A stretch of 64,000 bases of DNA from Eledone cirrhosa (taxonomy: Eukaryota). The notes under the pieces are model-generated. The model had not been told where the DNA came from. It saw only the letters and a program-made list of their open reading frames with translations, and did no database searches. The position numbers were made by a program, and so were the translations under genes. Below are positions 12,721 to 28,491 of this stretch, piece by piece; the first letter of the stretch is position 1, and each line of letters begins with the position of its first letter. The stretch covers positions 260,958,001-261,022,000 of the forward strand of contig OZ024743.1 in assembly GCA_964016885.1 (NCBI GenBank), in the 5' to 3' direction.

Positions 12721-14511
12721 CACTGTGTAACATATTTTTTGTTCCCCGGTTCTAAGTGTCATTTCCTGGTTTGTTATATCCCATTATTATAAAAAATACA
12801 CTATTATTTAATCAGAAGTTTGGGTTTGTGGTCAGGAGTTTGATATTTCGAAATGTTCATATTTTTTTCAAGAAAAAACACATTTTTTTTAAATTTATCA
12901 GTTCATATAATTAAATCAACAGAGTATATATTTATTTTATTACACAAGCTATCAAAAGCAAACAAGTAAAAACAAATAACATTTATAAAGCAACTTATAC
13001 ACGTCAGAAATGACTGGATTTCCTGGATTTGCGGTTGTAGTCCAGGTCACATTCCCGGACTAGCCCCCAGATATAGTCCCCCATCATTTTTTCATTGTAG
13101 TGGCCCTGGTACCTCCGCTCTATCTCTTTCACATCATGGTGGACTCGTTAGCTTTGTTCTACTAAGTAGGCGCCCATTTTGACCTTGAATTGTTCCAGGT
13201 GAGCGTCCAGCATATGGAGTTTAAGCGACATCCTGCATCCCATGGCGCCAAAATACTTTATCAGATCCTGCACCAGTTGCTGGTAGTTTTCAGCTCTGTA
13301 GTTGCCCAGGAATCCCTTAACAACTGCCTTGAAACAGTTCCATGCTGTTCTCTCAACCCTATTGAGCTTATTGGAGAACTCGGTAGACTCAAACACCTTC
13401 TTTATCTGAGGTCCAACAAAAATTCCACCTTCGATTTTGGCCTCAGATAACTTGGGGAAGAACTCAAGAAGGTACTTAAAAGTGGCTGATTCTTGGTTGA
13501 GAGCCTTCACAAACTGCTTCATCAACCCCAACTTAATTTGCAGTGGCGGCATAAGCACAATCCTGGGATCAACCAGTGGCTCCCACATGACGTTCCGGGT
13601 CCCAACTACAAATTCTTTTCGCTGCTCCCAGTTCTTTCTTTTGTAGTGGTCAGAGGTGGGTCTGCTGTCCCAAAGGCAGAGGAAGCATTGGAATTTGATA
13701 AAGCCTCCTTGGAGTCCAAGCAGGAAAGCCACCATCTTGAAGTCTCCAATGATTTCCCAATTGTACTGGTTGTATTGCAGAGCTTCCAAGAGGACTTTCA
13801 CACTGTAGTAATCTTCCTTCAGGCAAACTGAATGAGCTAGGGGCAGTGTCGGGAACTTGTTTCGATTGTGGAGGAGGGCAGCCTTCAAACTTGTGGTGGA
13901 GCTGTCTATAAATAGCCGCCACTCCTTGGGCACAAACGGCACCCAATAACGTCAAACAGTCCAGGCACGTCATGGCAGAAGCAGAGGCCATCCCTAAGAG
14001 GGTAAAAGCCTGAGAAAGGTTCGTGTCGACTTCTCTGACTTGTCACCTGCACTTCCTCCTTGACCAAGTTCCACTGCTTCATCCTGGAGACGAATAGCTC
14101 TGCATTAGACTTGGTCAGACCCATATCTCTGACCAAGTCATTGACTTCTTTTTGGTTTGGGAAGTGAGGAACATTTTTTGGTACCCCAGATTCAATTAAT
14201 CTCTTTAATCCACTTTTTAACAATTTTATACTTTATTGCACTTTTATAATTTTCTTTAGGTATTACTCTTTATTTTATAATTTTAATTTAACCTGAAACA
14301 TAAATTTAAAAAATCATTTAACATAAGCAAATTAAACTTAAATACAACGTAAAATCCAGCATACAAATAATTCTAGTGAATAGCTTAGAATTTTTACAAA
14401 TCCAAACGTTTAACTGTTTAATAGCACTTTTTTATTTATTTGGGACCTAAGAAACACAAAAAAGTGATTACAAGCCAGGAACAGTGAAAAATTTTTTTTT
14501 GTTACACGGTG
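12721..14511 (-). mobile_element. Chapaev3-like (CMC superfamily) DNA transposon, internally deleted
   Basis: TIR CACTGTGTAACA / TGTTACACGGTG; 3-bp TSD TAA on both sides; transposase remnant inside. Confidence 0.8.
13004..14223 (-). pseudogene. Chapaev3-type transposase pseudogene
   Basis: EWRLFIDSS..SLKA.LLHN, GDFKMVAFLLGLQGG, CFLCLWDSR, PPL.IKLG, MSLKLH; frameshift near 13940; TAA at 13148-13150 replaces the E of EQ.ER.H.D; frame continues to MMGDYIW...SHF*. Confidence 0.85.
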
Positions 14512-14714
14512 TAATTTATAAAAAATCATATAAATAAAGTAGAGTAAAATAGTCATGAAAGCGTTAACGATTGCTATTCAAAGTATCAGCAGTTCGATAT
14601 CGATTAATGGATCATATTTAAAACTTTGCTCGACGTTTATATATACGTCTTAATGGGTATACGATCGTGATTTACTCCGACGTTATCAGGATTAAACGAA
14701 TCAGCTACATTAAT

Positions 14715-16420
<1,706 letters not shown>

Positions 16421-16724
16421 TTTCTGAAATCAATAGAGTTAAACGTCGTTAGTTTCAAATTGATTGTAAAGTTTGTGTTTTGTCACAGAAGCCATGTCCA
16501 TTGGTTCAATAATTTAAAGGCGTTAGTCAGGCTTTTATCCACAACAGTGTCACCCTAGTCTCTATCGAATTGTTTACAATATTCCTTTTCCTCTTCTACA
16601 TTTCATTCCACCTTCTAAATATAAAATATTGTAGTTTAACTACTCCATATCTTTCACTAAGAAGACATATAAGTAAATAACATTTAAGTCATGGCTATTC
16701 AGTCTTTTTTTTTTTCTACAGTTA

Positions 16725-16932
16725 TTAGTTTCTGATTTAGGCACAAGGCCAACAATTTTGGGGAAGGGAAAAGTCGATTAAATCAACCGCAGTGCATTAC
16801 AGGTACTTTATTTTATCAGACCCGTAAGGATGAAAAGCAAAGCTAACCTCGGCAGGATTTGAACTCAGATCGTAAAGGGCCATAACTCTATGCCATAAAG
16901 CATGTTGTCCGACGCTCCACTGATACTGCCAA
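16725..16932 (-). mobile_element. SINE family 1
   Basis: Reverse complement of the family-1 consensus; head-to-head with the next copy. Confidence 0.8.
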
Positions 16933-16954
16933 TCTATATTCTGTGTACGGTAGA

Positions 16955-17115
16955 GACGGCAAAGTGGCAGGATCGTTGCAAGTCGATAGAATGCTTTGCA
17001 GTATTCGGTCCAACTCTCTGTGCTCTCAGTTCAATTCACGCCGAGGTCAACTTTGCCTTTAATCCTGTCGAGGTTAATAAATAAAAAAGTTACCAGTCTA
17101 GTACTGGGGTTAATT
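16955..17115 (+). mobile_element. SINE family 1, older diverged copy
   Basis: agttcaattcacgccgaggtcaactttgcctttaatcc. Confidence 0.7.
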
Positions 17116-17846
17116 CTTCCTCTAATATCTCTTTCTCACTTCTTCGCCATTACTCTCTATTCTTCTCTGGAAGAAATGAGCTGTGTTCAAACCTGGAAAG
17201 AAGATGGGTTCTGTTGATTATTAGATATGCACAAGAAACGGCTTATATCACTACGGAACCCCTACTACACCACCGGGAGTTACGGGTTAAAGGAAGTGTT
17301 TACAGTATCCTTTTTAAGATGTTTAGGTGTTGTTTGATGGAAACTTGGCTGCTATTTCGAACCAGCCAAGTGACCATGTAAAAGCTCCCCTAAAATGATA
17401 TGTCATTTTGCCGAATGTCAACACCTACCAATGGTCACTGACTGTTGTTGTATCCGTAGACAAGACACTTCTTAAAGACCCCAGTATGTGTAAATAGGTA
17501 CCACATAGTTGAAACGAAACGTCGTTAGTAATAATATTGTAATGTGTGTGTGTGTTTAAGCCGGACTTTTGTGTGTGTATGTGTGTACATAGGGTTGCCC
17601 GGACTTCATTATCCAATGTATAATTCCTTTAGGGTTATAGCATGTAATATAAAGGAAATTTAACTGCTATTTCTAGTAGGTCGAACGAGATTTAGAAGTT
17701 GTCCTCATTAGTACCAGATATGTGCCATTAATTCGCTTTGGTGTGGTTGAATGTGACTCTTCAATGGAAAAAAAAACATATTTTTACTTCAATTATAAGA
17801 TTAAGCTTATACCTGCAATGTATTGTATAGTAACATTTGTAAGTAG

Positions 17847-18251
17847 TAGTGATTCCCAACGTGGGGCACACGCCTCACAGGAGGACAATTTGAATATTTA
17901 AGCAGGTAATTTGAAAACGATGTTAATGAGAACAAACTTCAGGTTTTATCTTATTACTTTTACACCAAGACAACTTTGGTAAACATTACTGTCAGAAACT
18001 CCTGTCTCACTTCCTCTAGATATGTTATTGTGCATATGGCACTACCTACACCTAACAACTTTGGTAAACATTACAGTCGGAAACTCCTGTCTCACCTCCT
18101 CCACAGATGTTATCGTGCATCTGGCACCACCTATATGCCAATTTATTTACACTTTGCAGTTGATCATCGCTGTTTTCATATCAAAGGGGGGACATAACAA
18201 TTTTTGAAGTGTTGAGATGTGGCATGGTGCACAAAAGGTTGGGAACTACTG
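17847..18251. mobile_element. hAT-like MITE with internal ~83-bp duplication
   Basis: TIR tagtgattcccaac / gttgggaactactg; degenerate 8-bp TSD; caactttggtaaacattac block duplicated. Confidence 0.6.
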
Positions 18252-18284
18252 GTATACAGCATCTAGAATAACGAAGATACAGTT

Positions 18285-18592
18285 TATAGTTGAGAGTAAA
18301 AGGGTGTGTTTTTGTGGTTAGAGCGGTGCGTTGTGTCCTTCAGCAAAGCATTTTATTTCACATTGCTTCAGTTCAGTCAACTGTAGAAATGAGTTGCGAT
18401 GTCTGTGGTACCAAACTGTATCAGCCTTTACCTTTCCCTTGGACGACGTCAGTGACGTGGAGAAAGGAGACTGTTATGCATGGGTGACAGTTCGTCTTCC
18501 ATAAAAACACCTTGCCCTGGTTTGTGTCTCGGAGGTGAATTTTCTTGGTGTAAGACCCATGGTCATTTCTGACCGAAAGGGATCTTTACCCT
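18285..18592 (+). mobile_element. tRNA/CORE-like SINE, family 3, decayed
   Basis: gtgtccttcagcaaagcattttatttcacattgcttcagt core; 3' ccatggtcatt..tgaccgaaaggg. Confidence 0.65.
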
Positions 18593-18849
18593 TAGTGAGT
18601 TGAAATTGACGAAAAATGTAGTGTATATTAATTGGTAATATCTAAATCCATTTGGATAAAAGCCAAAACCATACAAAATTATACAAAGAAGGTATTTTAT
18701 ACCTGTAATATACTGTGAGAGGGCATTAAAAGAATAAGAATAACTGTAAAAATACAAAATGATACACAAGTAGAAAATGGAACCAGACCTGAAGCAAAAA
18801 ATACGAAAATTTACTGTAATAAACCCCTTCATTTTTACGGATACTAGTG

Positions 18850-18880
<31 letters not shown>

Positions 18881-19084
18881 GTGTCTGCAGTGTGAAGACC
18901 GGGAAGACCACAAATAAGAGTATATTCACAAAGCGGTTGTCTTAAAAAGCATTGGGAAAATTTGAAGTTTGAAATGAGTGTGTCCCAACACAAATAACCA
19001 TAATAATAGTCGATCACTATAAATGATAGTTGAGAAAATAGGGGTAAAGTACCTCTGGAGAGGTATATATATACATATAAAATA

Positions 19085-19179
19085 AAAATAAAAATGGCGT
19101 AGACACTACAATACAGCAGGGGAAACATGATAATAGTACCACTGATGATGTTGCAGATGTGCAACGTAAGAATTTTGTT

Positions 19180-19244
<65 letters not shown>

Positions 19245-19403
19245 TTTTGACCGTTGGTCAGTCAGTGATAAACATCGATGGCCAAATGAGTTAACTATGG
19301 AGATATAAAAGATACAGAAGCGAAAACCAACCAAACAGTGAGTGTGTTCTGTTATTATTTCTGGCAATATTATTACAACAACAATATGACCCTCCCCAAG
19401 TAT

Positions 19404-19410
<7 letters not shown>
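19085..19410 (+). mobile_element. PLE pLTR fragment related to the 8192-8582 family, with degenerate HHR
   Basis: CTGATGA-t-gttgca(gatg)tgcaac-GTAA at 19142-19170; ends tatgaccctccccaagtataac; inverse copy at 34870-35170. Confidence 0.65.
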
Positions 19411-19460
<50 letters not shown>

Positions 19461-19462
19461 TA

Positions 19463-19777
19463 AATTCTACAGAATTTAAATCCCGCTTCAATAATCATAA
19501 AAATTCTTTTACAGATCCAAACAAAAAATCTTCAACTTCGCTATCTAGCCTATTATGGGACCTAAAACGAGATAATGTTGAATATTCGTTGATTTGGAAT
19601 ATTATTTGAAAAGCTACTCCTTTTAATTCCTCTTCTGAAAATTGTGATCTTTGTATAGAGGAAATATTTTTTATATTAAAAACCAAAAATTCCCTTAATT
19701 TAAGAAATAATTTATTCAGTTGCTGCAGACATAGATTGAACTCAACGTTTAAATATAAATATAAATTTAAAATGTAG
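19463..19777 (+). pseudogene. C-terminal half of a PLE GIY-YIG endonuclease (not in ORF track)
   Basis: TEFKSRFNNHKNSF...STSLSSLLWDLK...WNII*KATPFN...CDLCIEE...LNLRNNLFSCCRHR; same type as 59300-59650. Confidence 0.85.
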
Positions 19778-21610
19778 TTTAATTAATTAAATAATTTACT
19801 TAATATAAGAAACCTGTCGATAAATCATTAGATTCCTTCACCTTTTTCATTTTCTTTGGTTAAGTACCCAAGTATAAATCTTCTTCATAAATATAATTAT
19901 AAATATAATAAACTATTCTAGAAAAGTTTATCCTTTCAATATCTGGAATAAAATATACGTAAGATAAATTTCTATACTAAACATATTATTTTAGCTTAGA
20001 TTCATTTTATTTATATTTTTTTATTAGATTCATTTTTTTTTTTTTTTAGATTCATTTTATTAGATTCATTTTTTTTTTTTTTTTATATATTTTATATTTT
20101 ATATTTTATATTTTATTTTTTATTTTTTATTTTTTATTTATTTTTTATTTTTTATTTATTTCTTATTTCTTATTTTTTATTTTTTATTTTTTATTTTTTA
20201 TTTTTTATTTTTTATTTTTTATTTTTTATTTTTTATTTTTTATTTTTTATTTTTTATTTTTTATTTTTTATTTTTTATTTTTTATTTTTTATTTTTTATT
20301 TTTTATTTTTTATTTTTTATTTTTTATTTTTTATTTTTTATTTTTTATTTTTTATTAGATTTGTTTGTATTCTGATAGCTTATAATTTTTATTAGATTTA
20401 TTTTTTTCTGATAGCTTCTCATAATTTTCAAAAGTTTGTCCTCTCAATGTCTTGATTAAAATATACGTAAGATAAATTTCTATGCTAAATATATTAAACA
20501 TATTATTTTAACTTGAAATATTCTATAGTATTTGGGGATATTTTAGGTTTTTGATGTTTGTAGAATTCGTTTGCCTTTTAAGTTATATTGATATAATTAT
20601 AATCCTTTTGTATTTTATATACTCAATTGTACTATGTTATATGTTGATGTATACTTATGTCTATGTACGGCTTATGTATCTATATGTGTGGGTTGACATA
20701 CATATACATGTTATAGGTTTTTGGGGATTATATGCCTGTCTGTATATATGCATGAGTGACGCGTGTATACCAATTGAAGATGCACACACTTATCTATTCA
20801 TGTATAGCTAAGAATTATGGGTGTGAATATACATGCTTACACATGCAGTTTTTGATTGCAGATATACATAACTTAACAGCCATAAATGCAGAAAAGTTAA
20901 TCCTATATATTTGTAGATATATACTAAAATGTTTTAATTAATAACACAAGGAGTGTATAGCAATAAATAAAACATCACTTATGCTTTGTATGTATACATT
21001 GTATGCGGGAGTAGATATAATGTGTATCTCTGAGTGAGTGAGTATATATATATATATTTATGTACCTTTGTCTATGTATATGTGATATACGATAGATAAT
21101 TTCTCTAGCGATATATTTATTTTGTAGTGTTTAAATTCCAATTTTTAATATATTGATCTCAATTTTAAACTAAATATATAATCATAATTAAACAATGTGT
21201 AATTTCTCATATTATATATCTATATTCCATTCACGAATATTAATATTTCTAATTTCATTTATTCATTTCATCTCAATTGTTAACTCAACTTAATATAACA
21301 TAACTTAAGGTTTTCGTTCTCTCCCCCTCTCTCTATCTATGCATATCTCTCTCTTGAGCTCTTTCTCTGTCTGATGTTTTGATATCTCCCCGTTATTTTC
21401 CTCTGTTCTCTTTGCTTTCTTCTTTTTTTTTCTTTATCTATCTTTCCCTTTCTTTTCTCCGCGTTTCTCTCTCTCTCCATCTTTTTACTTACTCTTAACA
21501 CTATGACTTACTAAAGTAAACAAACCACTATCCGGATGGCCTCCAAAAACAACGGTAACCTTTTTGAAAGGGTATGTCAATTATCTATTTGTAAAACTGT
21601 TATATATTGT

Positions 21611-21673
21611 ATTTTATCTGATGAAGGCATACCATGATTTAACTTGGTATCCTTGAAATATATATAATGAAAT
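21611..21673 (+). ncRNA. Type I hammerhead ribozyme
   Basis: attttat-CTGATGA-aggcatacca...tggtatcctt-GAAA-tatata-TA-atgaaat. Confidence 0.75.
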
Positions 21674-21711
21674 AAATATGGTTTTATAAATATAGTTTCC
21701 ATTTATTAATA

Positions 21712-21778
<67 letters not shown>

Positions 21779-21889
21779 AAGCAAAGAAAATGTCAATGAT
21801 ACGAAAGATTTCCTGGTGGAAGTTCAGGTGTACTCCGGTGAAAATCCAATTGGAAAATCCAACGAATTATGAGGGGTCCACGTAAGCGT

Positions 21890-22381
<492 letters not shown>

Positions 22382-22384
<3 letters not shown>

Positions 22385-22487
22385 ATGTAAAAGGTAAACA
22401 GAAATAACAACACAATCGGTAACCTAATATATCCCTTCCATATATTGTACCGATAGTGTTGTTATTTCTGTTTACCTTTTACATACA
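22382..22487. repeat. Short fold-back (40-bp arms) in (TA)n
   Basis: tgtatgtaaaaggtaaacagaaataacaacac.atcggta and its reverse complement. Confidence 0.8.
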
Positions 22488-22647
22488 TGTATATATATAT
22501 ATATATAAACAAATAGTAAAAAGGAATAAAATTCAGTAGAAAATGCTGGGGAGATTTTTCTCAGTAAATATCAAAACATTTATTTATAAAGTGGGTATAA
22601 ATAATTATATGATGCAACACTGATTCTTTGTTCCCTTATATATTATT

Positions 22648-22982
22648 TTGGCAGTATCGGTAGAGTGTCAGACACCATGCTTTTCGGCATAGAGTTGTGG
22701 CCCTTTGCGTTCTGAGTTCAAATCTGCCGAGGTTAACTTTGCTTTTCATCCTTACGGGGTCGATAAAATAAAGCACCAGTAACGTACTGGCGTCGATTTA
22801 ATCAAATTTCCCCTCCCCCCAAATTATGGCCTTGTGCCTATACTAGAAATCATTATTATTATTACTTTCCTTAACTTTGCCTTTAACTTTGCCTTTCATT
22901 CTTACGGGGTCGATAAAATAAAGTACCAGTAATACACTGAGTAATTGCTGGCCTTGTGCCAACAGTAGAAACAATTATTATT
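22648..22982 (+). mobile_element. SINE family 1, full copy followed by a 3' half copy
   Basis: Matches family-1 consensus; (att)n tail. Confidence 0.8.
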
Positions 22983-23592
22983 GTTATTATATATATATAT
23001 GTATGTGTGTGTATATATATATATATGTGTGTGTGTGCGTATATATATATATATATATATATATGCGTATATATATATATATATACATGCATATATGTAT
23101 GCATATGAATATATGTGTATGTGTACATACGTGACAGTACGTATACATATGAATGTATGTATAATTTAAGTAGACAACTAATAGCCAACATGTTGCATTT
23201 ATAGATTTGTAGAAGTTCCAACCCCAACCACTCTCCCATCACCATGTCCACCCACCCACCCTCTACCGTCTGTCTCAAGTAAATAATCCCATTAGAGTTA
23301 TATTTAAGAAAACATTTCACTGCCACTCACAGTTAATACATCTCTGATCTCAACATAACGACCTGACTCGTGCTTTTTTCTATGACTTGGGCTTTTTTTA
23401 ATACTTTTTTTGTGTTCTTTTATGTTGTTGCTTTTGTTGTTGTTTTCGTAAATCAATTGATAATATAGATCAAATATAGATCAAATATTTCGGTGACATT
23501 AAGAATAACCACAGAATTAAATGTCATGATATCCCATATGAAATAGAAATCACAAATTGATTTTGTTACTGCTGTTGTTGTATTTGTTTTTC

Positions 23593-23623
<31 letters not shown>

Positions 23624-23729
23624 AGCTGCTGCTGCTCTTATATTTGTTGTAGATTTTTTTTCGTTGTTGCTGATGATTTTTTTCAAGTTCTTTGTTATTG
23701 ATCATACTATCATCATCATCATCATCATC

Positions 23730-23790
<61 letters not shown>

Positions 23791-23874
23791 ATAGTGGTGA
23801 TAGTGGTGATGGTGGTGGTGGTGGTAGTAGTAGTAAAAAAGGAGATGGAGAAAGGGGAGGAGTAACTCACTGCA

Positions 23875-24038
23875 ACTAATCCTAACCTTAACCCTAACCC
23901 TAACTCTACCACTAACCTTAACACTAACCCTAACACTAACACTAAACCTAACACTAACCCTAACCCTAATACTCACCCTAACACTAACACTAACCCTAAC
24001 GCTAAGATTAATATTAGCCCTAATACTAACGTTAACCT
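23875..24038. repeat. Degenerate (TAACCC)n telomere-like tract
   Basis: ctaacc/ctaaca hexamers. Confidence 0.75.
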
Positions 24039-24473
24039 AGCACACAGCTAGTATATGTTTGTTCAGCTGTTGAAAATTGAATTTCTATTACATTTTAAAT
24101 CACAAGAATCAGATATTCACATATCAATACTAAAACGATTAGTTTATTTTAAAACAATTTATTTTCACAGCTTAAATACATCTACTAGTTCTTACTTTTA
24201 TTTATTTTTATATGTGTACAAGAGAGTGTTCGTGTGCAATCTCACACATGTTTAGTTTCGAATTAACCAACTAAACTTTTTTTGAACCAGTTTAATGTTC
24301 TGCAGCTTTTATTCCGTAGCTGTTCGTCTATCTACTCACTACAAGAAGACGTAAAACTGAAAAAGAAATTATTTCCTGAGCATTTGACAACACTTATGGC
24401 ATTCTATCGAATGTTAGAATTAAATAGAGGTATCAATCCGCCAACTTGTGATTACACTAAAATTTGCCTAGAG

Positions 24474-24845
24474 CAGGGTTCAAGGACTCAAAAGGACCAT
24501 CTTGGGGCCAAAAGTGAGATGAGGGAGTCAAAAATGATATGAGAGATGGCGGGGTTTCCACTAGATATAATGCCAATCTGCATTACAGCAGACAATTTTT
24601 CCGTTTCAAATTTTCTTTAATTCCGTTTTCACTTTTGATAAATTCTGTTGATGTTTTTTTTCTTCCCCCATTTTCTTGTATTTCATGGGTACATTGCAAT
24701 AAATGGTACTAAACATATTATTAAAACAAGAACAAATTACCAAGTTTTAGAAAATTATTAGTCACAAAAACTGTTCTTTCGCGGACCATAGAAAAGTAGT
24801 TTGCAGGCCACATACGACCCGCAGGTTGCATATTTGAGACATCTG
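24474..24845 (+). mobile_element. hAT-Charlie-like MITE
   Basis: Starts caggg, ends tttgagacatctg; 8-bp TSD gcctagag/atctagag fits the NTCTAGAN Charlie target. Confidence 0.65.
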
Positions 24846-25371
24846 ATCTAGAGGTTATGATGCCTGTAAAGAGAATTCGCAGATGCCTCAATATTAGATA
24901 GAAGGACCAGATCATTAAAGGGTCTCAATGTAAAGCATGTACAGTCACATTGAACAGGAATAAATGGAGGAAGTATGTTCGTGGCCTTTGATACGTTTGT
25001 TGGAAGCAAGAAAACGATTAAAATAATAGTTGGAAAATGTACATAGAGTTGCTGAGTAGTTAAGGAAAATTACATATTCAATTAACGAATAGGCTGTTCC
25101 GTAGACCGAACAACTGGAACACTCTTCATTGCAGTCGACGGAGATCCATTTAGTGGGTAGAGATATGACATAAAACCCATAAGTTTAATTCCCTCAGTCA
25201 TTTTTACATAGCTTAAGGTAAAAAGTGATAAATAAATGATTGGTTGTCTGTGACAAAAAAAAATGTTAACTTTTGACAGGTTATATTCATAGTTTTATAA
25301 AGACACAACCTAAGATTAACTTCAGACTAATCAACACTCGAGCAAATACTCCAAAATAACCTCAAGTAAAA

Positions 25372-25660
25372 CGTCTAAAGTCTGTCTCAAGCCCAGAGAA
25401 TCATTAGGCCCATGTTTCTGCCGATTTCCTTGGCGTTAAGTAACTAAAAAGTACAAAATTTCCACCTGAACAATATGCCAGTCCATCGCAGAGTTAAACC
25501 TCCAACAACTGCTGGTACTCATTTTTAGCTGAGTATACTGGAGCAATGTGAAATAAAGTGTTTTGCTGAAGAACACAACATACAAGCCGGCCCAGGAATT
25601 AAACCTACGACATCATGATCGCCTAGTCCAACACCCTAACCACTAGGCCATGCGCTTTCA
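25372..25660 (-). mobile_element. SINE family 2
   Basis: Colinear with 6146-6427. Confidence 0.8.
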
Positions 25661-26336
25661 CAAAATCCCGAAAACCTGAATTTTATACATGTTGATTAAA
25701 CCAAATATTTCTTTTAGATATCTGATGAAGCCTACCTTCAGATGAAGTTTAAGAACTTGTAGATTGACTACACAACAGTTTCATTTTCAGAACTTTAGCA
25801 TTAGTGAGATAGCAACCAAATCTCCCTCAATTGACAGCCTCCTGTCTTAGAAGATAGCATGTTAGATAATATACTTTTAGGATCCATGAATATAGGAAAG
25901 AGAGGGGTGGTCACGGCTGGAATGCCTGCGATCATTGACCAGTGAAGATTGAGATCGGTGTTAAACAACAACTCAACAAGAGAGTCTCTAACAAGAACAA
26001 CAATAAAATAATAAAAACAACAAAAACAACAATAACAAAGACAATAATAACAATAACAATTATCAAACAAAATAACCACAACAATGTCTGCAAGTAAAAC
26101 AACTCACTTTACATCAAACACTGATAGCTGGTAGTACGACTTATTATTACTTTTTACTGACCGTCTTTTTGTGGAAACGATTTTTATTGCGCAACTTTTC
26201 GATATTTAACTCTCATGAAACTGCAACAGGGAGATTTTCAACCCCCAACTGATTTTTTTCTTTTGTTTTGTTTTTTAATTAAATATTCGATTGGAAATTC
26301 TATTTTTATTATATAATTAAAAGTATTCTATACTTA

Positions 26337-26890
26337 AAACATCGAGTATACTTAGCCGATCTCTCGAACTTTTACGAAGCGCTGAGGAGATAAAATTACT
26401 ATAAAGAGTTGTGTGCTCATGGGCGGAGATGCTATAAAATAGCTTATAAAATAGGATGAAGACCCTTACAGACGGAAAAAGAAGTTGCCATCCGCCGCTA
26501 TGAGGAATCGAAACTCGAATCTCCCAGCTACCGGCAAGGCGCTTTGAACCATTAAACCAAGGGAAGTTATTTTATAGCATCTCCGCGCATGACCATACCA
26601 CTTTTTATATCAACTTTATAGCCTCAGCGCTTCGTAAAAGTCTGAGAGATTGGCTACGTATACACGATGTTTGTTAACATTTAGAAGGTGTGACTCAGCT
26701 ATCTAATTTAAGATGGTAGGATCTGTCACGGTCCCTTGGCTTAATGGTTCAAAGCGCCTACCTGGTTTCTGGGAAATACAAGGTTCTATTCCTCGTAGCA
26801 ATCAGTGGCAACTTCTTTAAGTGTCTTGCCCCTATTTTAAAGCTATTTTATAGCATATTCATGCATGGGACACCACTATTTATATTAATT
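26337..26890. mobile_element. Inverted/permuted pair of tRNA-like elements
   Basis: tRNA-like head tcccttgg.ttaatggttcaaagcgcc...g.ttc.attcc at ~26495-26563 (-) and ~26733-26800 (+); IR arms 26337-26445 and 26563-26671. Confidence 0.6.
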
Positions 26891-26923
26891 CTCAAATAAA
26901 ATTATACTCTCTTTCTCTTTTGC

Positions 26924-26969
<46 letters not shown>

Positions 26970-27439
26970 CCTCTCACACATACACTCTCTCTCTTTTTCC
27001 CCCTCTCACACACACACTCTCACTCTCTCTCTCCCACAAACACACACAATCTCTCTCTCTTTCTATCTCCCCCCCCCTCTCTCTCTCTCTCTCGCTCTCT
27101 CTCTCTCTCTTGTAGCACTCACTCACGGAAAAATGGCCATTGACCTGACAATAAGGCCTATGGAGGGTTCTCAGTCAGAAACTAATTTGTAAAACAAACA
27201 TTTCTGTTATTTTGTCTAATCGATCCAAACCCATTCAATACTGATCATATATATATATATATATCATTATTAATCTTTCTTACCCATAATTCCTGATGGA
27301 TTCGTAGGAGCGCCGTAGTGCTATACAGCGTTTCTTGGACAATTTTTAAAACCTGGCGGAGCCCATCGTTTCTCCGGGTCGGAACACAGTAGATTTCTTT
27401 CAGAAAAGGAGAGAGAGAGAGTGAAAGAATGGAAGATCC

Positions 27440-27575
27440 AACCCCAGTACTGGACTAGTACTTTTTTATCGACCTCGAAAGGATGAAAGGCAAAGTTGAC
27501 CTCGATGGGATTTGAACTCAGAGAGCCGGAATGCATTCTGTCCGACGTTTTAACGAATCAGCCAACTCGATGGCT
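27440..27575 (-). mobile_element. SINE family 1, diverged
   Basis: ggatgaaaggcaaagttgacctcgatgggatttgaactcag. Confidence 0.7.
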
Positions 27576-27914
27576 ATCATATATATTATTGGGGTTATAT
27601 AAAAGTAGAAAGAGGAAGAGAAGCCTCTAAACTCATAAAGTCGCATTTGAATACAAAGCAACAGGCGATCTATTGTGTAAGTGTGTATGTGTGTAGGGGC
27701 GGTATGTGAGTGTGTGTATGGCGTATGTGAGAGTGTGTGTGTGTATGGGGATGTAAGTCTGATCGATGAAAAGACGGCAAAATAAATAAATATAAACTGT
27801 ATTTACTGGAAGAAAGAAAGGAAGAAAATTCAAATAGATAATTTGGATTTTACTGACTTTATTTAACTGCATAGAGAGTATCGATTAACTATTTCAATTT
27901 GTCTGTATTATATA

Positions 27915-27987
<73 letters not shown>

Positions 27988-27992
<5 letters not shown>

Positions 27993-28365
27993 TAACAAAT
28001 GGAAACTATGTTTATAAAACCATATTTATTTCATTATACATATTTCAAGGACACCAAAGCAAATTATTTAAACCTCTCCGACACTAATTTGCATAATAGA
28101 CCAATAATAAAATTAGTAACCCCACTATCCGGGAGCTTCCAACCGACATGGTCGCATTCTTTAAGGGTATGTCAATATTTGTTTATAAAACTGATCTATA
28201 TTATATTTTATCTGATGAAAGCGCACCATAATTTGCTTTGGTGTCCTTGAAATATGTATAATGAAATAAATATGGTTTTATAAATATAGTTTCCATTTGT
28301 TAATATATCGTATTTTTACTCCAATAATTTGTTGAGCGCTTTATATCAGTTATAAAAATATTTGC
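27988..28365 (+). mobile_element. PLE pLTR with inverted partial copy; same family as 21520-21714
   Basis: IR arms 27988-28066 and 28228-28307; HHR inside. Confidence 0.75.
28205..28267 (+). ncRNA. Type I hammerhead ribozyme
   Basis: attttat-CTGATGA-aagcgcacca...tggtgtcctt-GAAA-tatgta-TA-atgaaat; stem II covaries with the 21611 copy. Confidence 0.75.
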
Positions 28366-28408
28366 TTGTTGTATCCCAACAAATTAAATACAACTTCTAG
28401 ATAGATAG

Positions 28409-28488
<80 letters not shown>

Positions 28489-28491
<3 letters not shown>

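Larger units (their letters stand above)
19463..21714 (+). mobile_element. 5'-truncated PLE with ~1.9-kb 3' region ending in an HHR-bearing pLTR
   Basis: GIY-YIG remnant, long AT-rich UTR with (TTTTTTA)n at 20100-20355, HHR at 21611, (TA)n on both sides; continuity is inferred. Confidence 0.6.

Noticed and set aside
19607-19609. In-frame TGA in the GIY-YIG remnant as possible Sec
   Set aside because: Position is not a Cys site; most simply a nonsense mutation in a dead copy
23875-24038. Telomere
   Set aside because: Short, degenerate and interstitial
26495-26800. Functional tRNA genes
   Set aside because: Acceptor and anticodon stems pair poorly and the two copies disagree; treated as tRNA-derived repeat heads
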